Assembly (NCBI RefSeq): GCF_009834535.1
Contig: NC_045698.1
Location: 14,696,001-14,760,000 of the forward strand
Length of the DNA: 64,000 bases
Origin: Camelus ferus
Taxonomy: Eukaryota
Direction of reading: 5' to 3'
This document shows positions 54,043 to 64,000 of the stretch, piece after piece. Below the pieces are notes generated by a model. That model was given only the letters and a program-made list of their open reading frames with translations. It did not search any database and was not told where the DNA came from. The number at the start of each line of letters is the position of its first letter. The stretch's first letter is position 1. A program made the position numbers and the translations under genes.

Positions 54043-56509
54043 TGTGAATTAGGGGTGAAGCACTAACATTATCTAATGGATGTACTTTATTTATGGGTGG
54101 GGCTTGTTCCTTTGACGACTTCATGCAATACTGATTGGGGGAGAGGACACCCAAACATCAACAGTATCATGATACAAGCTGGGGTTGGAATGTGGCTACT
54201 TATAAATGTCCCATTGGTTCTTTGATATCAACTAACGTCTTCCTCAGTAACTATCATTCTCACTAACCACTTTTTTCAGGTCTTTGTGTCGGCATGTGCA
54301 CCTAGTGTTCCCGACACAGATTTATATGTTGCACGTTTTGCTCCTGTTTATGACCCTGCTTGACTCCTCAGCATTGTCAGCCTCTCCAGGCATGGGTGAC
54401 AACCATTATCCTTCTCTCTTGCTTCGGCCTCTGCACATTCTGAATGCAGAGCAGAGGTGTCTGCTGAGTTTGTTACCACGTTGCTATTTTCTGCCTTTAT
54501 ATCTCCAGACACTCCTTCTTCTTTCCCTCTTTATCTGTGAATCTGTATCTTTTACACATACTTACTTTCATAAAGACTCAAGGGGGATAAAAAATATATC
54601 TGGGAATTCAGTGTACCTGCCTGATTTTAATCTGGCTATTATTGTATTTTCATTATTACTTTTTATCTCTAGGAAGTCCAGTGTATCTGAAAGCTAGATG
54701 TCATTGTTATTATTCTATTTCTTATTTATAATATCTTGCCTGTCCAAAATTTAATAATATATTTTATTTATGGAAGCTTCTTACTTCCAACTTCATCAAA
54801 ACTCATATTAAATGACATACTCACTTGTAGAAACATTAGTTTAAAAATGTTTTTTTAAAATAGATCTTCATTAAAAGGCACCTGAAACTAAATATGCCCA
54901 GTTAAAGACAAACACCAACACCTTTTAGAGCCAATGATATCTTTCTAAGTAAAATGATAAAATTAAGTAAGAACTGATTAATTAATTTTACTCACTTTAA
55001 TGTATTGATGGATATTTTTTATTTTCATTAGATAAAAACTGAAATTGGAGTGCAGATTGTTTTTGAAAGAAGGTAAACAACACAATAAACTGGGACTATG
55101 TAGACAGTCTATGATTATGTTTGTAAAATAAGAAACCTCTGACGAAGCCAGTAAAAGTTATTATTTAAAAGTATTATGTACACTTCTTGTTTAAAAAAAA
55201 AAACTCCCTAAGAACACAAACTTTCAAAATGAGTTTGGCAAGTTTTTTAAATGACTTGAAATAAATAAGATGCTATTTCCTTCTTTCTAGTACTGTTTCT
55301 AATCCCTCCGAAACGACTGGTTCAAAGGCTCACATAAGGAATGATATAGAAGCATCAGCCTATAATTATAATCTCTCTCACTTTTCAATAACTTGGTATT
55401 TCAAGATGCCAGTTCCTCATTATTGAGTGTTCTTTTAGTTTCATTATCACAAGCCTTGATTTGTTTATGATGCTAATCCTTTCAACAGCAATGATTTTAA
55501 TTTTAGGAACAGCGATTTTGGTAGAATCTAAGAAGAAAATAGTCAAAATTAAATAAGTTAGAAGTAGAATCTATTTATTTTGACTGAATTAATGTATCTC
55601 CTCAGTGTATTTGGTGATATGACTATTTTGAAGCCAGCGGCTCTCTGCTTCAGTTCCCCTTGACTTGCTACGATGATTTATGTGTATGCTAACACTAATT
55701 CATGTCCCAAAGTGACAGCCTGAAAGACTGCAAATGTGGCCCAGGTGGTTGGTTATCAGAAAAGTTACTGAAATACATGAAGTTAGGTATTCAGTGGGTG
55801 GTACCAGCAGGTCAAATCCAATTTATCACACCTGATAAAAATATCCTTGGCTAGACCTAGTTACATTTGTAACATCCTCAAATGAATTGGAAGTTAAAGT
55901 AAAAAAAACAAATTGAAGGACATATTTCTCTGTTTTTGACCTTGCTATCTGCTCTCCTGGTTGTCATTTGGTGGGTCCACTGCTATCTTCTTCATTTTGA
56001 GGGTTAAGTTTTGCATTGTGAAAATGTTTAATACTTTTCTCAAATTTTTCCATTATTATCAATCATTTACCAATGTTGGGGTGAACGTGTGAAGGAGATT
56101 TCAGAACTGAGTAATAAAGTGAAAAAATGTTTTATATAGTCAATAATTTCATTTCTATGAGAGAGTTTTATAGTTAAAATCCACTTTGGGTTGTGGCTAC
56201 ATGTTTATTAAATCGTAAGAGGGGATTATGCCAACTTCTATATGATATTGTTTATGCCTCCTCGTGAGAGAACATGGTATCAGGAGACGGCCTGGGCTTA
56301 ATGTTCAGAGGTTGAATTAATCACAAATTGTTCCATCACTAGAAATTCTCAGAAATTATTCAACTCCTCTGTTCCTTCTTGCAATGATAATCTTAGCTTC
56401 ATTCAAGGGTCACTGGTAACCATTTTCCAGCTCAGTGGCTGTGGACTGTGACAAAAATGTATCTTCTCAGGACCAGGATTTTCTGCTTGTGGCTGAAACA
56501 TGTGATTGG

Positions 56510-57035
56510 GGCAGTATGGTAGGGAGAATTCCAGGATGACTCACAGGATTCCTGTCCTTGTTCTACAGGGCTCACCCTTGGGCGCACACTGGATCTGGAA
56601 ATAGGAGATTAGTCACTCCCGTGATTATGTTATGTTCCATAAACCTGTGGTCTCAGCTGACTGTAGAGAGTTTTTCCTGTTGGCTTTGTAGAAATAAGCT
56701 GCTATATTCTAAACCACGTGGCAAGGGACTGTGGGTGGCCTCCAGAAGCCAAAAGCATCCCCCTGGCAGGCAGAGCAGGAAAATGGGGGCCTTGGTCCTA
56801 TTTCCAGAGAGAACTGAATTCTGCCAACAAACAGCATAAGCCTGGAAGATGTCCCCAAGCTTTAGAAAGAAAGATGACTCAATTGGTATCTTGATTTTAA
56901 TCTTGTGAGGCCTTGAATGGAGGATTAGCTACAATGTATTAGACTCCTGACCCACGGCAACTGTGAGATAATAACGGTGTGCTTTTTAAAGCTGCCAAGT
57001 GTGGTCAGTTTACTCAACAATAGGAAACTAGTACA
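56510..57035 (+). mobile_element. MaLR LTR (MLT1E-like)
   Basis: ccacgtggcaagggactgtgggtggcctccagaagc...gaactgaattctgccaacaa...gactcctgacccacggcaactgtgagataata...caataggaaactagtaca. Confidence 0.75.
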
Positions 57036-58781
57036 GGCAGAGAGGCTGGTTTAACCTAGTAACTGGAGAACTTGTTAGGTTTCCGAGGAAGACTAGTTAA
57101 CAATGTTTTAATTTCTTCAGTGCTAAGAGAGTCTGAGGTTAGGCTGTCCTCACTGATTCCAAGTGAAAAATAAACGCATGATGCTAGAAGAAAAGATTGA
57201 AAGGAAGGTTGTCTTTTAACACTGGTCATCATAAATGTGTGTTAGCGTGATGTATATCACAGCAAAATTATTTTTGCATATTTTAATACAATTTGTAAGG
57301 GCTCATTGACCAAAATATTTTAACTGGATGCTGCAATTAAAATAATTTACAGGCTTTGCTTGATTTAAGGCTACACTAATGCAAGGTCATTAATTCTTAT
57401 AATTATGCTCAATGCCATTTTTTACTGCAAAAGAGAATATATATAGCACAAGACTATGCAGTTATTCTTTAAATTACTATAAAGAACATTTCACCAAGGA
57501 GAGGCTGATGTTTCATATTACTTAAATAACGAACAGGGTAACATAATTTGCAACATGAAATAAGTCAAAAAGTTGTAAATTTAAAATGTCTGAGCTTTTA
57601 ATTTTGTTGTCTGTTTCCTTTTCTGTATGTGATGCTACAAGTAGGTACTGACGGAGAATTTACATGTGATAACGTTGTTAAAATTAAAAACGTTGAAAAA
57701 AGCTAAAATCTAGATCTAAAACTGATATCCTACACATTTGGAGAAAAAAAGTTTCATTTAATTCTCTTCATTTATCTAATACCTAAGAATGATGGTACTG
57801 CAGACATAAAAATGCTTCATTCTAACACTCTGAGAATTATTTGGTAAGTTTTGAAAGGAATTCTACATCACTCAGAAAGACTTCCAAGAAGGCAAGATAT
57901 ACAAATCCTTTGGGAAATGCTTTTCTCATAATACAGAAATTGCCTGGAAAGCAACATTTGTAACAGATGAGTAAGGTGCTAACAGTATGAGGAATGCCTG
58001 TGCACACACTGTCCTGCCTAATAACTGAGGACACTGTCCTTTGAAGCCTCCTTCTAATCATTTTCTTACCTACTACAGGCAGAATTTTCTTTATAAATTA
58101 GGTTTTCTTTATAAATCTGCTGTCCAAGGCTGTGTCCTTATCAATACGATGATTAGTTTTACACGTAGCTGAACTTTGTGTAGACGGGATCATAATACAT
58201 TTTATACATGTATTTTCAACAAAAAGTAGGACAAAAGCACGGGGGGATTAGGTAAAATATTTAGAAAAGAAGTTGTGATCCCTTAGGGAAGCTTTGTGCA
58301 CTGGCGTTCTGCCTGCCAAGGTGGCAGTGAGGTTAACTCCTCACAGCTCCACCTTCCTGTCTCCGAGGGGTTTGTGCTAATCAGAGTTCAGCTCTCTCTC
58401 TGCTTCGTCTGTGTCATTTCCTTACAACTGACCTACTGAGGGAAATATCGTTTCTTTATAAGAGGCAATAAAGTAAATTAGGTTACTGCCCTGCTTGTTA
58501 GGGTGGTGCGTCGCTACCATGCTTTAAAGGTAATTATGCATGATTCAATCTTGAGTTTTAGTTTCAAGCTTAGAGCTTTAAAATGCAAACACATTTTCTA
58601 CTTCACCAAACAGGGGAAGGGGAAAGATCACCTCAATGTCATCATCTATATTATCTATAAACATACTAAATTTTTCATTCATTTACTCTCTATATTTCTA
58701 CATGCACAGCCTTGGCCAGTTACTTAGATTATATTGATAAAAATTCATATGCCTTGTCCTCAAGTACTTCACAATAGAGAG

Positions 58782-59125
58782 AAGAAGTTGGCAAACTATG
58801 GCTTCTGGGCCAAATCCATCCCACTGTGTTTTTGTGAATAATACTTGATCAAAACATATCAGTAACACATTATCCATGGCTGTTTTTGTCCCACAATGAC
58901 AGGTAGTTGTGACAGAGATCATTTGGCCTGAAAAGCCTAAAATATTCATTAATTGGCCCTTTACAGATTCTTTTTTTTAGGGGGGGCAGGTAATTAAGTT
59001 TATTTATTTTTTTAATGGAGGTACTGGGGATTGAACCTAGGACCTCATGCATGCTAAACATGCACTCTACTACTGAGCTACACCCTCCCCTCAACTGGCC
59101 CTTAACAGGAAATGTTTTCTTATCT
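58782..59125. mobile_element. MER58-like hAT-Charlie MITE interrupted by a SINE
   Basis: gttggcaaactatggc..tgggccaaatcc...gtagttgtgacagagatcatttggcctgaaaagcctaaaatattcattaattggcccttta. Confidence 0.75.
58967..59092 (-). mobile_element. tRNA-derived SINE (camelid Vic-1-like)
   Basis: Minus strand ggggagggtgTAGCTCAGTAGTAGagtgcatgtttagcatgcatgaggtcctaGGTTCAATCCccagtacctcc plus A-rich tail. 16-bp TSD aattggccctttacag (58951-58966) / aactggcccttaacag (59093-59108). Confidence 0.9.
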
Positions 59126-60164
59126 TACAGAGGAAAAGAACTAATTAAAAAGATAATAAAAATTCAATCTGTCTAATGTAGGTATCTGTATTTGTTAGCA
59201 GTCTAACTTTCCCACAGCAACTATTACGATTTCTTAAATTATCTCCCAATAAACTACTTGTACTTGAATGCTTTTCTCAGCGTTGATTTGGGGGAAACCC
59301 AAGCAAAGATAGCTGATATTGGAGGTGAATTCCTAGCAAACATCCTTACCTTGTGATTCTGGTACTAGGTCACCCTCTGGCCATTGCTGGTGAGAAGTCA
59401 GGGAGCAAGCACTCTGAGCCCAGTGAGCATCTGAAGTGCTCAGAGCCTAACGTGTTGTGGATTCAGATGGAATTAAGGTAGAAAGGTTCATACTTGGCTG
59501 TACAATCACTCGAGTATTTGAGAGATATTGGAAAATGGCAATCATACGGAGTGATGGGGTCACTGGAAGATCTTAACTGAAATCTAAGCCCTAAAAGACA
59601 AAAAAGAAAAAAAAAGTAGGTCAACTATCAAGTCAGAGAATGCTGATGACTTATTTAAAGAGAGCTTTCCTCTGACAAATTAGTCACTTACGACAGTGGA
59701 TTAATTTTCAGCCCTGGGGATCATTTTATGCTAAAGGCTGGAACAACTGGTAAGATGCTCTTAGAAATTTGAACCCACAGATAATGTTTGACCCTCCGGG
59801 CAACAGAAGTGATCCCTGCCACTTTCTGTAGAACAGAGACTCCACTATCTGGAAAAGATGCAAAGATCTCATCTGAAGTAGACGCATTACTTGAGGATGT
59901 TTGCCTTCCTCAGTATTAGTCTTGTGGTTCTCTAACTGTAACGTGCATACAAATCACCTGGTCAGAGCGTTAAAATTAAATGTCTCAGGCCCCATCCCTA
60001 GAAATTCTGATTTGATAAGTCACAATGAGTTATAAATGTGTATTTTCAAAAGCTTACAGATGATGACACTGCAATTCAAGGAAAACTCTCTACATTATTA
60101 TTATCCTACACCAAAACAAGTCTCTACTTGGCTCCATAAGTATTGACCTTGCTGTAGGAAGAAA

Positions 60165-60573
60165 GTATAAAAGTGAATAAATAGAAATATCAATCAACAT
60201 AGAGTCAGGAGACCAAAACTGGGAGCTCTCATACCCTATAATGATAACAGAGCCCAACAAGAAGAAAAATAATTCCTTTGCTGCCCGGCAAGAGCTCAAC
60301 CAATGAGAGACTTCACAGTTCTGTCAATGGAAAAGCAACTGAATTTCAAACTCCCTATTCCTCCAGTGGACTGTTTCTTTGCTATAGCCCTCCCAACTTC
60401 CTTTTCCCTTGCAAATGAGTCCTCTCAGAGTCCTCCTCTCCTTGTTACACAGGACTTGCATGTGGCTTGCCATGGTTACAGACCCTGAATTGCAATTGTT
60501 TGTTGATCCTGAATAAACACATTTTTTTTTTTTGCCAGAAAAATAACTGATAGGCTATTTGTTTTAGGTCAGT
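60165..60573 (+). mobile_element. ERV1-type LTR inserted in the ERV-L
   Basis: CCAAT (aaccaatgag), pyrimidine-rich U3/R, gatcctgaataaac poly(A) signal, ...ttttaggtcagta end; the left boundary is approximate. Confidence 0.6.
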
Positions 60574-60824
60574 AAAAGGAATTATTTACCAAAGGAGTTG
60601 CAGAATCTGGATATATACCTACAGGCACCAGGAGCACGTCTGCAAATGGATCATGAGTGTCCTGGATGCATGAAGTGAAAAAGAAATTTTCTACTGATGA
60701 GGAGAGAGTTTATTGACATTAGGGAAACTGTCTCATGATTCAGGATTCAACATGTTCTTAAGGAGCTGATTCTATTACAGTACTGAGGTTGACCAAGACT
60801 GTCTTAACATTTCCTTCATATTTG

Positions 60825-61057
60825 TTTTCATTTTTTTGTAAACCATTTTATTCAGGTATGATTGCCTTACAAAAAGTTGTACATATTTAATGAATACAAC
60901 TTGACAAGTTTGGAGATAAGTATATTTCCATGAAAATGTCACCATAATTTATACCATAAATATAACTCTCACTTCCAAAGGTTTCCTCTTGCCCTCTTTA
61001 TTATTATTATTATTATTATATTATTATTATTATTTATGTGGTGATAAGACACTTAGA
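60825..61057 (-). mobile_element. L1 3' end (L1MA-like) with internal (ATT)n
   Basis: T-rich tail, then ttattcaggtatgattg..tacaaaaagttgtacatatttaatgaatacaacttgacaagtttggagata. Confidence 0.75.
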
Positions 61058-61598
61058 TGTAGAGAAAGTGTTTGACAAAATTCAACATCTTTCATAATAA
61101 AAACTCTCAACAAATTAGGTGTAGAAGGAACTTATCTCAATCCAATAAAGGCCATATTTGAAAAGCTCACAATTATAATCTTATTCAATAATGAAGAAAA
61201 TGAAAGATTTTTCTCTAAAACCTGGAAAAAAAAACCAGGATGCTCAATCTCACCACCACTTCTTTTCAACATTGTATGGAAGTCCTAGCTGGAACAATTA
61301 GTCAAAAATAAAAAAACAAACAAACAGAGAGAGAGAAAGAAAGGTATCCAAATTGAAAAAGAAGTAAAATTATCTGTTTGCAGATGCCATGACCTTGTAT
61401 GTTGAAAATCTCCAAGACTCCTCAAACAAATGAAGACTGTTAGAACTAATGAACAACTTCATTAAAGTTGCAGAACACAAAGTCAACATAAAAATCAATT
61501 GTGTTTCTATGCATAAACAATGAACTATTTAAAAAGGAGATTAAGAAAACAATTCTATTTACAATAGCATCAAAAAGAATAAAATACTTAGAAATAAT
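61058..61598 (+). mobile_element. L1 ORF2 (RT region) fragment in the opposite orientation
   Basis: gagaaagtgtttgacaaaattcaacatc (EKVFDKIQH), ttatctgtttgcagatgccatgacc (LSLFADDM-like), IKKTILFTIASKRIKYLEI in ORF 61501. Confidence 0.88.
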
Positions 61599-62714
61599 AA
61601 CCCCTCATCTTGACTCAGTATTAGATGGGATTCTTCCTACTAATAGGTCCCTGACCTCCCTTTTCTTAGAGCATTTCCTGGTTGAAAACTCATTCTGTGA
61701 CCCTTTGAGATGTAAATCTTTTTAAAAGCTTCTAATTGAGGACTGCCTTTTTCAAGGACCTGGGAGCCATCTCTTTGCCATGTAATCATCAAGGATGATA
61801 ATGATCCTTTCTTTTTATTTAATTTTTACAGTTTACTCTCTTAGCAACATTCAAATATGCAGATGTGCTATTAACAATAGTCTCCTTGCTGTTCAATAGA
61901 TCGTAGTTATTTTAATGTTTGTACTTGTACAGAATGCCCCTTTTCCCTAGACACTATGGGAGGGTAGAAACCTAACTTCCTGCAGTGGGCTCCTTACTTC
62001 AAGACATGAAACTACCTCCTGTCATTAAGATACAAGGGGATCCTTTGCAATTAGCAAACACAAGCGGCCTAAGATTCCCTCCCTTACTTCCTGGTCTTAA
62101 AATCTCTCCCTCCCTTTGTTTCAGTGGAGTTGAGCTCAGACTGAATTCTCCACTCTGTCCTCTATTGCATAGCCTTGAGTAAAGTCTTCTATATCTGTTT
62201 AACTTTTTTCCAGTGCAATTTTGTTTTTAGCAAAGCCTGGAAAAATCAGTGGTTAAACAGTAAATCAAGCGGAGATGCCAGAACAACCTTGGCTGAGTAC
62301 TGAGGATGGGTTCAGGAGGTCCACCAACCTCGAGATACTAAAACGGATTAATTATGTAAGAATAGAGAATCTACTAGTTATGCCCCAGAAAGCTGAGAGA
62401 ATGTTCTGGTCATTAAAATAATTAGAAACATGTTATGACACTACTACCAGGATTCCATGAAATGCAGGAGGCGCGAATCCCAAGAAAAGGTTGCTGTTTT
62501 TAAAGGAAGGGGAAATCGATATTGGTTGTAAAACAACACTGACGTCCATCACAACCAATCCTAATTTACCTCATCTTGCATTTTGTGTATTCCTGTAGCT
62601 CTTATTTAAATATTTCACAATGAAAGGAATTACTAATAAATATAGACATAAAATTAATTTTATTTCTTTATATTTATATTACACTTATTTCTAAACAAGA
62701 TTCTAGCTCAACAC

Positions 62715-63193
62715 TATTGACTGAAATAAACGCACAGCCTAAAAGTTGAGAGTTACATTTTATTTGGCGGGAGGACTCCAGCCTGGATGACAGCCTCTCA
62801 GATCGCTCTGAGGGACGGCTCCAGAGAGGTAGGGGAGGAGCTAGGATGTATAGGAGCTTTACAACAAAGACCAGGTAATTGGAACATTAAAAGATTACTT
62901 GGTAACTAAAGAAAACCAGGCATCTCAAGTCAAAGAATTTAGTACTTTTCTATGTATGGGAGGAAGCAAACATTTGGGCTCATTGAATTAATTCCTTTGA
63001 CAAGCACCTAGCTATCTAGGGCCAGTGTCCTGTCCTTTCTTATTCTGAGTCCCCTCAGGGTGCAGCATTGTGAGTGGCTGCAGAGGCCGGGCTGCAGGCT
63101 TGTCTTCACTGGGGGGAGGCGGCAGCCGCTGATGACTTGATGGCTTCAGCATTCTTTGTTTACTGACATGGTTTGCAGTATTTTTTGTTCACA
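62715..63193 (-). mobile_element. Young ERV1-class solo LTR
   Basis: Perfect 4-bp TSD acac (62711-62714, 63194-63197). Minus strand begins tgtgaacaaaa and ends cagtcaata. AATAAA on the minus strand at 62764-62759. CpGs retained. Confidence 0.88.
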
Positions 63194-63422
63194 ACACAAA
63201 TTTTTAAGAATTTGATAAAAACATAATGATGATTACATTGTTAAAGATTAGGGGGAAATTAGGATACATGAAAAGAAAAAGACAACTATGCTAGAGATAA
63301 GGGTCTTCAATAATAAAATTTAAAATTAGCCGATAGCATCTTTACAGCCAGTGAGAGACTATAATGGGTCATGTTGCTCTTGTCATGCAAAATAGAAAGT
63401 ACATTATTTTTTTGTGGGTGAG

Positions 63423-63962
63423 TATATTAGTTTTCTATTTCTGTTGTAGCAAATTGCCACCAACTTAGTTGTTTAAAACACAAATATGTTAACTCACAGC
63501 TCTGTAGTCAGAAATCCTAGTGGGCTGACTGGTTGCAGGTTTCACAAGGCCAGTTAAGATCTTGGCTGGCTTGGGCTCAGAAACAAATTTGCTTCCAAGA
63601 TCATTCAGGTTGTTTGCAGAATTCTTGCAGCTTTTTCTGGCTGAGATCTTGCTGTTTATTATCCAGGGAACTCTCAGTTCCTTACAACCACCTGCATTCC
63701 TGGCTGCTTCAAACCAATGGGATGTTTTGTCCTTTTCATGCTTTAAGTCTCTTTAACTTCTCATCTGCCAAATTTCTTTTGCTCCAGCTGAATGTTGTTC
63801 TCTGGTTTTAAGAATCTCTGTGATTAGACTGGGCCTAAACATTTATTCCAGGTTAATTTTATAAGATCCTCAACCTACATTAGATTGCAAAGTTCCTCTT
63901 TTCAAGTAATACAATGCATTCATGGTTCCTGGCGTTAGGGAGGGGCCATTCTGTCTACAACA
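63423..63962 (-). mobile_element. MaLR LTR (MLT1D/E-like)
   Basis: tatattagttttctatttctgttgtagcaaattgccaccaacttagttgtttaaaaca...gattagactgggcct...ggggccattctgtctacaaca. Confidence 0.8.
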
Positions 63963-64000
63963 AGGAGGAACTTTATCAAAACAGAGGAAAAAATCCTTTT

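Larger units (their letters stand above)
60790..62232 (+). mobile_element. ERV1 LTR (MER31-like), itself interrupted by L1 pieces
   Basis: Starts tgaccaagact; caaggacctgggagccatctctttg...; ends cctctattgcatagccttgagtaaagtcttc...gtgcaattttgtttttagca. Confidence 0.65.
59200..62440 (+). mobile_element. Degraded ERV-L element (LTR 3' end + internal gag), split by later insertions
   Basis: LTR tail aataaactacttgtac...gggggaaacccaagcaaagata. Frameshifted gag-like peptides at 60575-60790 (YLPKELQNL...WIMSVLD...EFID..LSHDSGFNM) and 62233-62420 (KAWKNQW..VNQAEMPEQPWLSTEDGFRR...INYVRIEN). Confidence 0.7.

Noticed and set aside
58085..58116. Short direct duplication ttttctttataaat x2 (similar one at ~53796-53826)
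   Set aside because: Ordinary slippage duplications in AT-rich DNA
58967..59092. Functional tRNA gene
   Set aside because: The A-rich tail and 16-bp TSD show it is a retroposed SINE
43270..59355. Isolated minus-strand donor motifs (AG|GTAAG at ~43277, ~58069, ~59348)
   Set aside because: No convincing paired acceptors or reading frames; such motifs are expected by chance in 64 kb
1..64000. ORF-track entries (60-137 aa) as genes
   Set aside because: They are short and low-complexity, often start at non-ATG codons, and overlap repeats. The only recognisable ones are L1 ORF2 remnants.

Overview
This is AT-rich, repeat-dense mammalian genomic DNA, very probably from a camelid. The evidence is a tRNA-derived Vic-1-type SINE at 58967-59092 and young L1 3' ends of the type I recall from camelid genomes. 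It contains no prokaryotic genes, CRISPR arrays, rRNA or intact long CDS. The ORF track is almost entirely noise or transposon debris. The one gene-like signal is a minus-strand 5' end at about 33.2 kb: a small CpG cluster, CCAAT and TATA-like motifs, a ~360-nt first exon (CAG|GTAAGA donor) and a 51-nt second exon (GTG|GTAAGT donor) that could encode a hydrophobic leader, MQTPKLLCAFSMVLS. I cannot name the gene. Everything left of it looks intronic, and everything right of it looks like upstream or intergenic sequence. The rest is L1, L2, CR1, MIR, MaLR and ERV LTRs and hAT relics, many with readable target-site duplications. These include a multi-layer nested ERV-L/LTR/inverted-L1 cluster at about 59.2-62.4 kb. 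I found no evidence for a new biological system. The findings are modest regulatory and transposon-biology leads, and repeat subfamily names are from memory and need RepeatMasker/Dfam confirmation.
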